The notes: generated by a model from the sequence alone, not told the origin. Shown: positions 1-10,038, counted from the first letter of the stretch. The stretch is 54,552 bases of DNA from Bacteroidales bacterium (GCA_034678415.1 JAXDBV010000015.1:1-54552), one strand, 5' to 3'. A program made the numbers and translations.

Positions 1-1990
1 CTCCGCCCGAATTGGCAAGGAATATTGCCAGGACGAAACCCGAACCAAGGCCACCGGCCAGCAGGCCCATTACACCCGACACGCCGAAGACAAAACCGGT
101 AAGTATGGGGATAATGATGGCCAGGGAAGCTGGAAGGATCATTTCCCTTTGTGCACCTTTCACGGAGATGGCCACACAACGTTCGTAATCGGGTTCGGCT
201 TTCCCTTCCAGGATCCCAACGATTTCTCTGAACTGCCTTCTTACTTCATTCACCATATTTTGTGCAGCACGACCCACGGCATTGATGGTCAGTCCGCAAA
301 ACATGAACGCCATCATCGAACCAATGAATATTCCTACCAGCACCTTTGGATTCATCAGGTTTATCTGGTAATAGTTCATGAAATCGATAATGCTGGCTTT
401 GGCGGTTTCAACCGTATCACCATCTGCAAACTTCAGGACATTCTCACCGATGCGTATCAGCCCGATCTTGATCTCTTCAATGTATGATGCCAGCAGGGCC
501 ATGGCGGTCAGGGCAGCCGATCCTATGGCAAAGCCCTTACCCGTCGCGGCGGTAGTGTTACCGAGCGAATCAAGTGCATCGGTTCTTTTCCGCACCTCCG
601 GCCCCAGGTGACTCATCTCGGCATTACCGCCCGCATTGTCGGCGATAGGACCATAAGCATCGGTAGCCAGTGTGATCCCCAGGGTGGAAAGCATCCCCAC
701 GGCGGCAATACCTATGCCGTAGAGACCCATCCCTATGTTTTCAAAACTGAACCGTGCCGCAAACAAAAAGGCAAAGATCACACCGATAACCACGGAGAGC
801 ACCGGTATGGCTGTGGACATCATCCCAAGCCCAATGCCCGAAATGATCACCGTGGCAGGTCCGGTCTGTGAACTCTCGGCTACCCTCTTCGTCGGTTTGA
901 ACGAATGAGAAGTATAATATTCCGTGGATTTACCGATGACAATACCGACGATCAGTCCAACCGTCACCGACATTGAAATCCAGAACCAGTTGTCCAGTTT
1001 AAGAAGATAAAGAATTCCAAATGTAAAAATAGCAATGAGTGCGGAGCTTACATTCACACCCCGGGCCAGGGCATTGAGCAGGTCACGCATGGTGGCTCCT
1101 TCCTTGGTACGAACCAGGTAGATACCCAGGATGGAGAGGATGATACCCACGCCGGCAATCAGCATCGGTGCAATGACCGCTTTGAACTGCATGGAGGTAT
1201 CAGCGAGGAATGCCGAAGCCCCCAGGGCAGCAGTTGCCAGGATGGACCCGGCGTATGATTCGTACAGATCGGCTCCCATGCCCGCCACGTCGCCAACATT
1301 ATCCCCCACATTATCGGCGATGGTTGCAGGATTCCTTGGGTCGTCCTCCGGTATGCCTGCTTCAACTTTCCCTACCAGGTCAGCCCCCACATCCGCCGCT
1401 TTGGTGTAGATTCCTCCCCCGACACGGGCAAACAATGCCTGTGGGGATGCTCCCATGCCGAATGTCAGCATGGTGGTGGTAATAACAATGAGCTTATGTG
1501 CAGGATCGGGCTCATCGACAAAAAGGTTCAGTATAAGGTACCAGAGGGATATATCGAGCAGTGCCAACCCGACAACCACGAGTCCCATTACCGCCCCGCT
1601 CCTGAGCGCCACCTTCAACCCGGCATTCAGTGAGTGCATTGCCGCGTTGGCCGTGCGCGCCGAAGCATAAGTGGCGGTCTTCATCCCAAAAAAGCCGGCC
1701 AGACCACTGAAAAACCCGCCGGTGAGAAACGCAAACGGCACCCATCCGTTCTGTACTCCCAGGCCATATGCAAGAAACGCAAAAAATAAACTGAGGATGA
1801 TAAAAACAATGATCACAACCTTGTATTGCTGCCATAGGTACGACATGGCGCCCCTCCGTACGTAGGAGGCTATCTTCTTCATTGTCTCATTACCCTCATC
1901 CTTCTTCATCATCTGCTGATAGAAGAGGTAGGCAAACAGCAGCCCGATTACCGCTGCAAAAGGAATAAACCAGAAAAGTGTGTTAGTCAT
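1..1990 (-). CDS. hppA: Membrane-bound proton/sodium-translocating pyrophosphatase; the C-terminal end runs off the window
   Basis: Manual reverse-strand translation from the ATG at 1990 gives MTNTLFWFIPFAAVIGLLFAYLFYQQMMKKDEGNETMKKIASYV. It continues without a stop to position 1. It contains the M-PPase motifs GGGIYTKAADVGADLVGKVE and DSLGNTTAATGKGFAIG. By published motif analysis, the GNTTAA form (Ala, not Lys) marks the K+-dependent class. The gene is missing from the ORF track because no stop lies inside the window. Confidence 0.9.
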   Translation of the reverse strand, partial: MTNTLFWFIPFAAVIGLLFAYLFYQQMMKKDEGNETMKKIASYVRRGAMSYLWQQYKVVIIVFIILSLFFAFLAYGLGVQNGWVPFAFLTGGFFSGLAGFFGMKTATYASARTANAAMHSLNAGLKVALRSGAVMGLVVVGLALLDISLWYLILNLFVDEPDPAHKLIVITTTMLTFGMGASPQALFARVGGGIYTKAADVGADLVGKVEAGIPEDDPRNPATIADNVGDNVGDVAGMGADLYESYAGSILATAALGASAFLADTSMQFKAVIAPMLIAGVGIILSILGIYLVRTKEGATMRDLLNALARGVNVSSALIAIFTFGILYLLKLDNWFWISMSVTVGLIVGIVIGKSTEYYTSHSFKPTKRVAESSQTGPATVIISGIGLGMMSTAIPVLSVVIGVIFAFLFAARFSFENIGMGLYGIGIAAVGMLSTLGITLATDAYGPIADNAGGNAEMSHLGPEVRKRTDALDSLGNTTAATGKGFAIGSAALTAMALLASYIEEIKIGLIRIGENVLKFADGDTVETAKASIIDFMNYYQINLMNPKVLVGIFIGSMMAFMFCGLTINAVGRAAQNMVNEVRRQFREIVGILEGKAEPDYERCVAISVKGAQREMILPASLAIIIPILTGFVFGVSGVMGLLAGGLGSGFVLAIFLANSGG

Positions 1991-2190
1991 AAAACACGTT
2001 TTTGAAGTTCAACATTCTAAAGTGCTCACTGTATATAAATTTCCATCTGCACAGATACGTTTTGAAAATTAAGGCGTAAAACTACTTGAGGATTTATTGA
2101 TAAGCAAATGTTTTGTATTTTTTTATTAATACAAATTTCCCGGGATATTCATAATTTACAGAATACCACCGTTTTCAGGCCGATGCAACA

Positions 2191-4614
2191 TCATTGTTTA
2201 TTCATTACATACTTGTTGAGCCACCCGTTCATTTCCCACAGCATATGGAGGATTGATTCCCGTGCTGCATAGCCGTGACTCTCGTGAGGAAGCATGACCA
2301 GTCTTGCAGTGCCGCCATGCCCTTTGACAGCCTGGTAAAAACGCTCGCTCTGTATGGGGAAGGTACCCGAATTGTTATCGGCCAGTCCATGAATGAGCAG
2401 GATAGGTGTTTTAATCTTATCGGAATACATGAAAGGTGACATTCTGTTATAGGTGTCGGGAGCTTCCCAGTATGTCCTTGGTTCTGCCTGAAAGCCGAAA
2501 GGGGTCAGGGTACGGTTATAGGCACCGCTGCGGGCTATGCCGGCAGCAAACAGGTCACAATGAGCCAGCAGGTTGGCCGTCATAAAGGCACCGTAAGAAT
2601 GCCCGCCCACCGCCACCCTCCGCGGATCGGTCACTCCTATCTCCGTTGCCTTCCGTATCGCTGCCGCAGCATTTGCTACCAGTTGCTCAATATAGGTGTC
2701 ATTGGGTTCATTATCTCCCTCCCCGACAACAGGAAAGGCCGTATTATCGAGCACGGCATACCCCATCAGGGCGAAGATGACAGCCGATGACGGACTGATC
2801 CTGGTAAAGGTATATGGCGAGGTCTGCACCTGCCCCGCGGCACCGGCACTCTTGTATTCCCGCGGATAAGCCCACAGCAGGGTGGGTAACGGACCGTCTT
2901 CTTTTGTATAACCGGGAGGAAGGTAAAGTTCGAAGCTCAGCCCGACACCATCCTCCCTCTCATAGGTCACCAACTCTTTCTTTATATCCCTGAACCGGGG
3001 ATAGGGATGTTCAAAATGCGTGATGGCAGTTATCCTGCCGTTCTTTAGGTTCCGCATGAAGTAGTTGGGCGGCACCTGGGCTGACTGACGGCTGGTGATC
3101 ACCGCACCCCGGGAAATATCAACCACAGCAACAAGGGTTTCATACCAGGGCGCTTCCGAACGCCAGAGCCGGCTGATCTTTCCTGTCGGTATCTCATAAC
3201 GGTCAATGAAAGGACGGTTCCCTTCGGGAGAGGCGCCCATACCGCTGAGGTAGACCTCCTTCCCCTTATTGCCGGTGAGCAGTACCTGTTGTCCCCCGGC
3301 GGTGTATCTCGTGATAAAATCTCCCGGGTCGGCATACCTGTCTTCCGATGAAAGGTCGAACACAAGTTTCTTCCGACTGTTATCACCGTCAGGTACAAAG
3401 AACCAGACTCTCTCCTTCCGTGTTTTCTCCCATCGTTCCGTGGCGACCGCCAGCTGGCCGTTTCCCCAAGTGATTCTACCGGCACGCAGTTGAAATGTGA
3501 TCCCTTTAACAGGATCAGCGGTGAACGGAGCCGGCAGGTACCACAGCTGGTCCCTCTCGTCAGCCGGCAGGGAAGGATCGCCCTGATCGAGGGCCTCCAG
3601 CCAGCAGATCGTTGCCCCAACATCAGCCCTCCACTGAAAGTTACGCGGCCCCCTGCGCACCGCATCAAATCCCCTGGGTATGTCGTCACCCAGAGGAAGT
3701 GAAACCAGTCTGCGGATCAACGTACCCTGCATGTTCCATATTTCAGACGACTGTGGAAATAAATAGTATGGCACCTGGTAAGAAAAAGGCTTCTCGAGGC
3801 GCTCAACCAGCAAGTAGCTGCCATCGGGGGAGGGATCAAAATCCATGATAATACCTTCCATGCCTGTCTCCTGCCTGTTCCCAGCTTTATCAATCCTCAC
3901 CAGTTGTGAGGTGGTGCAATATTCAAACATCACCTCGTCGTACCTGTCGGCCAGCAAATCCTGGTAGGTCCTGACCGCCGCCGCTCGTCCCCCGGTTTCC
4001 TGTATCACAGGACCGTCAGGTACTGCCGGTTTCCGTGGACATTCGCCCCTTCCGGGGAGGATCTCACGAACCAAAACCGACATGTTATCGGGCATCCATA
4101 CATAAGGCCTGCCCGGGAATGCATTGTTCACCACATCCTCCGTCAGCTTCCTGGCTACCATATCCGGTATCTCCATCATCCACAATGATATACCCCTTTC
4201 AGCCGCAATGGTGAAAGCCACATGGCTGCCGTCATGCGACCACGATACATTGGTGATCTTCGGATGTTCCGGCAGTCCCGCCGCCTCCTTCTTGTCGTTC
4301 CCATTAATGTCTGTAACATACAATGAGGTGTAGAAGGTGCCGCGGCTGGGACCATTGGTGGCAGGATCGATCCGTAACCCGCCCAGCCTCAGCTCCTCCC
4401 CGGCAAGATCAGCAATGGACGGAAAACTCTGTCTCTCCAGGAACAGGATGAAACGGTTCGTCTGATCGATCAATACGTCGGGGAAGACCGGCGCATCAAC
4501 AATATCCTGCAAAGGCCCGGGAGGAAGCTGATATGGCAGATCACCCTGTGCCAGCATATTCCCACAGCTCGATAGAATAACAAGAATATGCAAAAAGAAA
4601 TGGATTCGATTCAT
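2191..4614 (-). CDS. S9 (prolyl oligopeptidase) family serine peptidase, probable lipoprotein
   Basis: 807-aa ORF. N-terminal signal with lipobox-like ILSSCG. C-terminal alpha/beta-hydrolase domain with nucleophile motif GGHSYG, followed by HGLADNN and HESHGY (Ser-Asp-His order typical of S9). Confidence 0.85.
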   Translation of the reverse strand: MNRIHFFLHILVILSSCGNMLAQGDLPYQLPPGPLQDIVDAPVFPDVLIDQTNRFILFLERQSFPSIADLAGEELRLGGLRIDPATNGPSRGTFYTSLYVTDINGNDKKEAAGLPEHPKITNVSWSHDGSHVAFTIAAERGISLWMMEIPDMVARKLTEDVVNNAFPGRPYVWMPDNMSVLVREILPGRGECPRKPAVPDGPVIQETGGRAAAVRTYQDLLADRYDEVMFEYCTTSQLVRIDKAGNRQETGMEGIIMDFDPSPDGSYLLVERLEKPFSYQVPYYLFPQSSEIWNMQGTLIRRLVSLPLGDDIPRGFDAVRRGPRNFQWRADVGATICWLEALDQGDPSLPADERDQLWYLPAPFTADPVKGITFQLRAGRITWGNGQLAVATERWEKTRKERVWFFVPDGDNSRKKLVFDLSSEDRYADPGDFITRYTAGGQQVLLTGNKGKEVYLSGMGASPEGNRPFIDRYEIPTGKISRLWRSEAPWYETLVAVVDISRGAVITSRQSAQVPPNYFMRNLKNGRITAITHFEHPYPRFRDIKKELVTYEREDGVGLSFELYLPPGYTKEDGPLPTLLWAYPREYKSAGAAGQVQTSPYTFTRISPSSAVIFALMGYAVLDNTAFPVVGEGDNEPNDTYIEQLVANAAAAIRKATEIGVTDPRRVAVGGHSYGAFMTANLLAHCDLFAAGIARSGAYNRTLTPFGFQAEPRTYWEAPDTYNRMSPFMYSDKIKTPILLIHGLADNNSGTFPIQSERFYQAVKGHGGTARLVMLPHESHGYAARESILHMLWEMNGWLNKYVMNKQ

Positions 4615-4726
4615 GATTAATGATGATTTAATTGTATACGATTCGGCAGGTTAAAATTAGCTTTTATGACCTTTCATCTTTCAAAATATGATGTAAAATA
4701 TCATCTTTGTGTCATAATACTAGGAT

Positions 4727-5545
4727 ATGTTTACCGAATACCAGCGCATTATTGAAAATATATGGGACGATCGCCGTTTACTCGATGATCCCCTTTATAA
4801 AGATGTTATTAATGAGGTAATTGATCTTCTTGACAAAGGCAGGCTGAGGGTTGCTGAACGCACGGAAGAAGGATGGAAGTTGAACCAGTGGGTCAAGAAA
4901 GCCGTGATTCTTTATTTCCCTTCGCGGAAAGCAGAGATCACCGAGTTAGGCCCCCTGGAGTTCCATGACAAGGTACCGCTGAAAAAGGGATATGACAAGC
5001 TGGAGGTAAGGGTGGTGCCTCATGCCGTAGCCCGGTACGGTGCATACCTGGCCAGGAATGTTGTACTCATGCCTTCCTATATTAATATAGGCGCGTATGT
5101 TGATGAAGGAACGATGGTCGACACCTGGGCTACGGTAGGCTCGTGTGCACAGGTCGGCAAAAGGGTTCACCTCAGCGGGGGAGTAGGTATCGGCGGTGTG
5201 CTCGAACCTGTGCAGGCAGCGCCGGTCATCATCGAAGATGATTGTTTCATCGGTTCACGCTGCATCGTGGTGGAAGGGGTAAGGGTTGAACGTGAGGCCG
5301 TGCTGGGAGCCAGCGTGGTGCTCACCATGTCAACCAAGATCATTGATGTTACCGGTGACAAACCCAGGGAATACCGCGGTGTCGTACCCGCCCGCTCGGT
5401 GGTCATACCGGGGGCGTATAGAAAATCATTCCCGGCCGGGGAATTTTCCGTAAACTGCGCACTCATCATCGGCCAGCGAAAGGAATCCACCGACAGGAAG
5501 ACCTCATTAAACGATGCCCTTAGGGATTACCATGTTCCCGTATAA
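4727..5545 (+). CDS. dapD: 2,3,4,5-tetrahydropyridine-2,6-dicarboxylate N-succinyltransferase
   Basis: 272 aa. The C-terminal half is a left-handed beta-helix of hexapeptide repeats (GAYVDEGTMVDTWATVGSCAQVGKRVHLSGGVGIGGVLEP...). The length and N-terminal helical domain are typical of Bacteroidota DapD. Confidence 0.85.
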   Translation: MFTEYQRIIENIWDDRRLLDDPLYKDVINEVIDLLDKGRLRVAERTEEGWKLNQWVKKAVILYFPSRKAEITELGPLEFHDKVPLKKGYDKLEVRVVPHAVARYGAYLARNVVLMPSYINIGAYVDEGTMVDTWATVGSCAQVGKRVHLSGGVGIGGVLEPVQAAPVIIEDDCFIGSRCIVVEGVRVEREAVLGASVVLTMSTKIIDVTGDKPREYRGVVPARSVVIPGAYRKSFPAGEFSVNCALIIGQRKESTDRKTSLNDALRDYHVPV

Positions 5546-5556
5546 AGAGCCTGCCC

Positions 5557-6675
5557 ATGAATATTGGTTTTGATGCCAAGAGAGCATTCCTGAACCGCAG
5601 CGGGCTGGGCCATTACAGCCGCGACACCATCCGTGTTCTGACGACGTATCAACCGGGGAATAACTACTTCCTTTTCACCCCCAGGGAAAACAACGATCTT
5701 TTCCGGCTGTCCCCCGCGAAAAACATCACCGTGGTTACTCCCGGTACAATCGTTCAGCGGCTTATCCCTTCCTACTGGCGCAGCATAAGCCTCTCTTCGT
5801 CCATCAACCGCCACAGGATCGATATCTACCATGGATTAAGCAATGAGCTGCCGGCCGATATCAAAAATGCCAGGGCCAGAACGGTGGTAACCATCCATGA
5901 TCTTATCTTCCTCAGGTATCCCGGCTACTACAATGTCATTGACAGGAATATTTACCTGTCGAAGTTCAGGAGAAGCACCGAACAGGCCGATATCATTGTG
6001 GCAATCAGCCATCAAACCCGTCTCGACCTGATGGAATACCTGAACATTAGCAACGACAAGATCAGGGTTGTATACCAGGGATGCAATACCCGCTTTTACA
6101 GCGGCTGCAACGATGAAGAAAAACGTGCCGTGGCAGAAAAATACGGTCTGCCTCTTCATTTCCTGCTGACAGTGGGCACCGTGGAAGAAAGAAAAAACCT
6201 GCTGGCCCTGGTCAGGGCCATCCATATGCGAAAAATTGAATACCCTCTGGTAGTGGTCGGCAGGCCTACATCCTACGCCGGGCGGGTGAAGGAGTATATC
6301 GCCCGGCAGGGCATTAACCGGGTATTTTTCCTTGAGAATATTCCCTTCGGCGATCTTCCTGCCCTCTACCAGATGGCCGACATCTTCATCTATCCTTCGG
6401 TATATGAAGGATTCGGAATCCCAATCCTCGAAGCCCTCGTATCGGGCGTACCGGTCATTACCAACCGAACAGGTTGTTTCAGGGAGGCGGGCGGAACCCA
6501 TTCGTGCTATATCGATCCTTCCGATCCCCTGGAGCTGGGAGATGCTATCATAAGGCTGCTTGAAAACGAGGAGGAAAGAAAACGAATGATCAGGGAGGGA
6601 AAGAAACATGCGCAGCTGTTTAGCGATGAATCCATAGCGGCGAACATGGCAGCCGTATATAACTACCTTATGTGA
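5557..6675 (+). CDS. Glycosyltransferase family 4 (Glycos_transf_1 fold)
   Basis: 372 aa. C-terminal GT-B signature YPSVYEGFGIPILEALVSGVPVI (E-x7-E). Confidence 0.85.
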   Translation: MNIGFDAKRAFLNRSGLGHYSRDTIRVLTTYQPGNNYFLFTPRENNDLFRLSPAKNITVVTPGTIVQRLIPSYWRSISLSSSINRHRIDIYHGLSNELPADIKNARARTVVTIHDLIFLRYPGYYNVIDRNIYLSKFRRSTEQADIIVAISHQTRLDLMEYLNISNDKIRVVYQGCNTRFYSGCNDEEKRAVAEKYGLPLHFLLTVGTVEERKNLLALVRAIHMRKIEYPLVVVGRPTSYAGRVKEYIARQGINRVFFLENIPFGDLPALYQMADIFIYPSVYEGFGIPILEALVSGVPVITNRTGCFREAGGTHSCYIDPSDPLELGDAIIRLLENEEERKRMIREGKKHAQLFSDESIAANMAAVYNYLM

Positions 6676-7253
6676 TGGAAGAACAGATAAGGCAAGCGGT
6701 TGAGGTGCTGAAGAAAGGAGGCATTATTCTTTATCCCACCGACACAATCTGGGGTATCGGGTGCGATGCCACCCTCATCGATGCCGTTTCAGCTATCTAC
6801 CGGATCAAACGAAGGGATGAATCAAAGAGCATGCTCGTGCTTACCGACAGCATTGACCGTCTGTACCTTTATATTGAGGAAGTTCCCGAAACGGCACTCC
6901 GCATTATGAGGGATGCCGTCAGCCCCGTCACCATCATCTACCCGAAGGGCAGGAACCTTGCCCCGAACCTGCTGGCCGACGACGGCAGCATCGGCATTCG
7001 TGTCACTACGGACCTATTCTGCTGTCATCTTATCCGTACACTGGGGAAACCCGTTGTTTCCACTTCGGCCAATGTCAGTGGCGAACCGAGCCCGCGTAAC
7101 TTTTCGGAGATCAGTGCCGTGGTTAAAAACAGTGTTGATTTTATCGTCGACTGGCGCAGGGAGGAAACGAAACAGCCGGGTCCCTCACTGGTCATACGTG
7201 TCGGGCTGAACGGGGAGGTGGAAATCATCAGGAATTCGCACCATCCCTTATAA
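6675..7253 (+). CDS. tsaC: L-threonylcarbamoyladenylate synthase (YrdC/TsaC domain only)
   Basis: GGIILYPTDTIWGIGCDA and VVSTSANVSGEPSP are YrdC-family motifs. The ATG at 6675 overlaps the upstream stop (TGATG). The track start at 6672 is a GTG one codon earlier. Confidence 0.85.
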   Translation: MEEQIRQAVEVLKKGGIILYPTDTIWGIGCDATLIDAVSAIYRIKRRDESKSMLVLTDSIDRLYLYIEEVPETALRIMRDAVSPVTIIYPKGRNLAPNLLADDGSIGIRVTTDLFCCHLIRTLGKPVVSTSANVSGEPSPRNFSEISAVVKNSVDFIVDWRREETKQPGPSLVIRVGLNGEVEIIRNSHHPL

Positions 7254-7301
7254 ATTACGTAATTAATACCCGAATTAATTCCGGTATTAATTACGTAATT
7301 T
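7252..7301. terminator. 50-bp near-perfect palindrome between convergent genes (candidate bidirectional terminator or protein-binding site)
   Basis: AAATTACGTAATTAATACCCGAATT / AATTCCGGTATTAATTACGTAATTT. The arms are 25 nt with a single mismatch. It starts inside the tsaC stop codon and is followed by TTTG. Confidence 0.5.
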
Positions 7302-7326
7302 TGCCCGTATCCGTTCCGGCAATACC

Positions 7327-8049
7327 CTATTGTGTAATTACTTTTCCTGATCCTGAAACACGGGCATCGACCTGCGGATTGCCGGTGCAATAGATATTAC
7401 CGCTGCCCGACACGGCTGCTTTCAGAAAACCGGTGACACGCACCTTGCAGTCGCCGCTACCGCTGATCGCCACTTCCATGTTGTTCACTTCCAGTTGTTC
7501 CGCATCCACATCTCCCGATCCGCTGATACCGATCTCCATTTCGTTCACTGTTGCAGGACCGGCAACAGAAATATCTCCTGAGCCTGAAATGGATGCCTCC
7601 ACTTCCGTGGCGGTAAGCTGGTCAATCCGTATGTTTCCGCTCCCGCTGATGGCAAGGTCAAGCTCACTGGTTTTTATCGGCCCGTCGGCAACAATACTCC
7701 CCGAACCCGAAAGAGCAAGGTCATCCACCGTTATCATGCTGACATATACCGTAATCCTTTCGTGCCTGGGAACTGACCACTTATTATACTTTATCCTCAG
7801 CTTTCCGTCCTTCACTTCAGTAACAATCAGGTCAAGCATATGGCGCTCGGCTTCTACTGTGACAGAACATTCCCGGTCTTGCTTCAGTATAAGATCCGCG
7901 TCAATAGCCAATCCTACAGAACTGAAATTCCCCACATTCCTTGTCTCCTTTTCCTGTTGGAAAGAAGAACTGCCGGGTATCATGGACAACAGGAGGGGTG
8001 TGAAACACACCACAACGAGAACCGCGATTATCAGATTTCGTGTTTTCAT
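7327..8049 (-). CDS. Head GIN domain (DUF2807) protein, putative secreted beta-helix protein
   Basis: N-terminal hydrophobic signal (MKTRNLIIAVLVVVCF). Repeated SGSG(D/N)I units (ISGSGNIRI, ISGSGDISV, ISGSGDVDA, ISGSGDCKV, VSGSGNIYC, VSGSGKVI) are typical of DUF2807. The start could be 8058 or 8049. Confidence 0.75.
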   Translation of the reverse strand: MKTRNLIIAVLVVVCFTPLLLSMIPGSSSFQQEKETRNVGNFSSVGLAIDADLILKQDRECSVTVEAERHMLDLIVTEVKDGKLRIKYNKWSVPRHERITVYVSMITVDDLALSGSGSIVADGPIKTSELDLAISGSGNIRIDQLTATEVEASISGSGDISVAGPATVNEMEIGISGSGDVDAEQLEVNNMEVAISGSGDCKVRVTGFLKAAVSGSGNIYCTGNPQVDARVSGSGKVITQ

Positions 8050-8194
8050 AAGGCACATTTGTTTTTAAAAAGACGAAGTGAACCATCGCCCGCTGCTTAT
8101 TTTGCCGGTAAAAATTAATTCGAAATGCAACTCATTGTATTATTGAATCTTATGTAATATTCTCCGCCATGGGTCGAAACTATAAAAAAAATTC

Positions 8195-8202
8195 TAATTT
8201 TG
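8195..8202 (+). promoter_or_regulatory. Bacteroidota -7 promoter box TAATTTTG
   Basis: Exact match to the TAnnTTTG consensus, 24 nt upstream of the ATG at 8226. It lies inside the 5'-extended track ORF, which argues for the shorter start. Confidence 0.5.
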
Positions 8203-8225
8203 TGATTCATTCATGGAAAATTGGC

Positions 8226-8654
8226 ATGGGAGAAAGCGACACGTTTTATCACATTACCCCTGTACAGATCCGCTTCAACGACATCGACATCCTGGGACAT
8301 GTGAACAATGCCGTACATCAGTACTACTTTGATGTAGCCCGCTTGCAATATTTCAAGCATGTTTTTGGCAAGGCGGTAGACTGGAATAAGGAAGTGGTGG
8401 TTTTGGCAAACATCACCATTGATTACATTGAACCTATCACACTGGAAGACAAAATTGAGGTTCACTCCAGGGTTCACAGAATAGGGAACAAAAGCATAGG
8501 GATGTCGCAACAGATCGTTGACAGCATTAGCGGTTCGGTAAAATCAACCAGCCATTCGGTGCTTGTGGCCTATGACCGTGAGACTCATACCACTGTGCCT
8601 GTCCCCGAAGCCTGGAAGAAGCGGGTTGCCTATTACGAGAATGTAAAGATCTGA
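8226..8654 (+). CDS. Acyl-CoA thioesterase, 4HBT/YbgC hotdog family
   Basis: ITPVQIRFNDIDILGHVNNAVH is the typical 4HBT catalytic-Asp region. Length is ~142 aa from the ATG at 8226. Confidence 0.8.
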   Translation: MGESDTFYHITPVQIRFNDIDILGHVNNAVHQYYFDVARLQYFKHVFGKAVDWNKEVVVLANITIDYIEPITLEDKIEVHSRVHRIGNKSIGMSQQIVDSISGSVKSTSHSVLVAYDRETHTTVPVPEAWKKRVAYYENVKI

Positions 8655-8657
8655 TCC

Positions 8658-9182
8658 TTAGTATAGTTCGACCAGGTCACCGGGGATTCTGACCACCAGT
8701 TGTTTTTCTTCACGGTTCCATTTCTTAATAAACTCCCGGTGCAGGGGTACCAATAGTTCCTTTCCTCCCATCTGTATACGCAGGAGGGGATTACCGGGCA
8801 CATCAATCACATCCACCACCATCCCTCTCTTGCCGGAGACCTCATCCACCAGTTCATATCCCTCCAGTCCCGACAGGGGGAGCTCACTGTTTGACGGTTC
8901 GCTGCCTTTGGACGGCTGATCCAGGTATACATCGGCTCCTTTAAGTCGCCCGGCCTTTTCTTCCGTCTCCACATTTTCAAGGTGTATGAGAGCGCTCCGG
9001 CTCCCTGACTCTTCGAATGACAGCACAAAAAAGGGTACCAGCCCTCCATCGATCAGGATGAATACAGTGTCCCCCTTCCTGATAGTCAGTCCATAGCTTG
9101 CCGTCATTTTCATGACCAGCTCACCATGGATGCCATGTGTTTTGATAATGGTTCCTGCCTTTGATAACGACGCTTTGTCCAT
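8658..9182 (-). CDS. rimM: 16S rRNA processing protein RimM
   Basis: GTIIKTHGIHGELVMK N-terminal RimM motif, a PRC-barrel-like C-terminus, and a position immediately downstream of rpsP. Confidence 0.88.
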   Translation of the reverse strand: MDKASLSKAGTIIKTHGIHGELVMKMTASYGLTIRKGDTVFILIDGGLVPFFVLSFEESGSRSALIHLENVETEEKAGRLKGADVYLDQPSKGSEPSNSELPLSGLEGYELVDEVSGKRGMVVDVIDVPGNPLLRIQMGGKELLVPLHREFIKKWNREEKQLVVRIPGDLVELY

Positions 9183-9202
9183 GGCAACCGTCCGGAGCGT
9201 TT

Positions 9203-9841
9203 TTATGATTTCTCTGCTCCTTCCCCGGCTGTTTTTTCGTCTTGTGTGTCAGGTGGTAAAGCGGTGTCTGTTTTAGGCGTGGCCTGGTTGGCTGTGGCTG
9301 TCGTCTCGGCTGTTCCTTCTACCGGTGTCGTCCCGGCTTCGGGCTGGGCGGCAGCCTGTGTCTCTTCCGCTTTAGCAGCCTGTGCCGCATACTTCTTCGC
9401 CAGCTCTGCAGCTCTTGCTTCTTTCACCTTGCGCTCTTCCTCCAGACGCCTATTCCTTTCTTCCTCCCTTGAATTGATGAAGCTCTCCCGTTTGGCCTCG
9501 ATTTTTGATTGCTTGGCTTCCAGCCATGCCCTGAACCGTGTTTCCGCTTCTTCCGCGGAAAAAGCACCTTTGGCAACCCCTTTCAGAAGATGACTCTTGT
9601 AAAGAACACCCTTGTATGACAAGATAGCTCTACATGTTTCGGTAGGTTGAGCGCCTTTCCTGAGCCAGTCCATCGCTTTGTCGAAGTCCAGCTCAATGGT
9701 GGCAGGAATGGTTTCCGGATTGTATAACCCGATCGTCTCAATGAATCTGCCATCCCGTGGCGCCCTGCTATCCGTAACCACAATGTGGTAATACGATTTC
9801 CCTTTCCGTCCGTGACGGGTTAATCTGATTTTTGCGGGCAT
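9203..9841 (-). CDS. rpsP: 30S ribosomal protein S16 with a long Lys/Ala/Glu-rich C-terminal extension
   Basis: [42 protein letters not shown] is canonical S16. Residues ~90-212 are a low-complexity tail. Confidence 0.95.
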   Translation of the reverse strand: MPAKIRLTRHGRKGKSYYHIVVTDSRAPRDGRFIETIGLYNPETIPATIELDFDKAMDWLRKGAQPTETCRAILSYKGVLYKSHLLKGVAKGAFSAEEAETRFRAWLEAKQSKIEAKRESFINSREEERNRRLEEERKVKEARAAELAKKYAAQAAKAEETQAAAQPEAGTTPVEGTAETTATANQATPKTDTALPPDTQDEKTAGEGAEKS

Positions 9842-9882
9842 AATGATCTATTTAAACAACCTACTTTTTTTTAAGTGGCTGC

Positions 9883-9890
9883 AAAGATAC
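9883..9890 (-). promoter_or_regulatory. -7 promoter box TATCTTTG for rpsP-rimM
   Basis: The plus strand reads CAAAGATA. The reverse complement matches TAnnTTTG, ~42 nt upstream of the rpsP ATG. Confidence 0.5.
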
Positions 9891-10030
9891 AATTTATTTT
9901 TCTTACGGTATGTATTTTCATCTTTTTTAGCTGCATCTGCCCAATGTCCTGACATTGAACTGCATTTTTAATTACCATTCATTTTTTCACGAGTTTTCAA
10001 CATGAAATCCTTTTTCGTGTTCATTATACG

Positions 10031-10038
10031 TACCTTTG
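10031..10038 (+). promoter_or_regulatory. -7 promoter box TACCTTTG for dnaE
   Basis: Exact TAnnTTTG, 60 nt upstream of the dnaE ATG. It is followed by a small GTACAC...GTGTAC hairpin. Confidence 0.45.

Noticed and set aside
149-1865. Nine short plus- and minus-strand track ORFs (60-112 aa) at the left edge
   Set aside because: All lie inside, or antisense to, the continuous minus-strand hppA reading frame, which has unmistakable M-PPase motifs. Their sequences are low-complexity shadows of that frame.
7025-7390. 121-aa minus-strand ORF spanning the tsaC 3' end and the palindrome
   Set aside because: Its GINSGINYVIYKG segment is simply the translation of the AT-rich palindrome. It overlaps both well-supported convergent genes.
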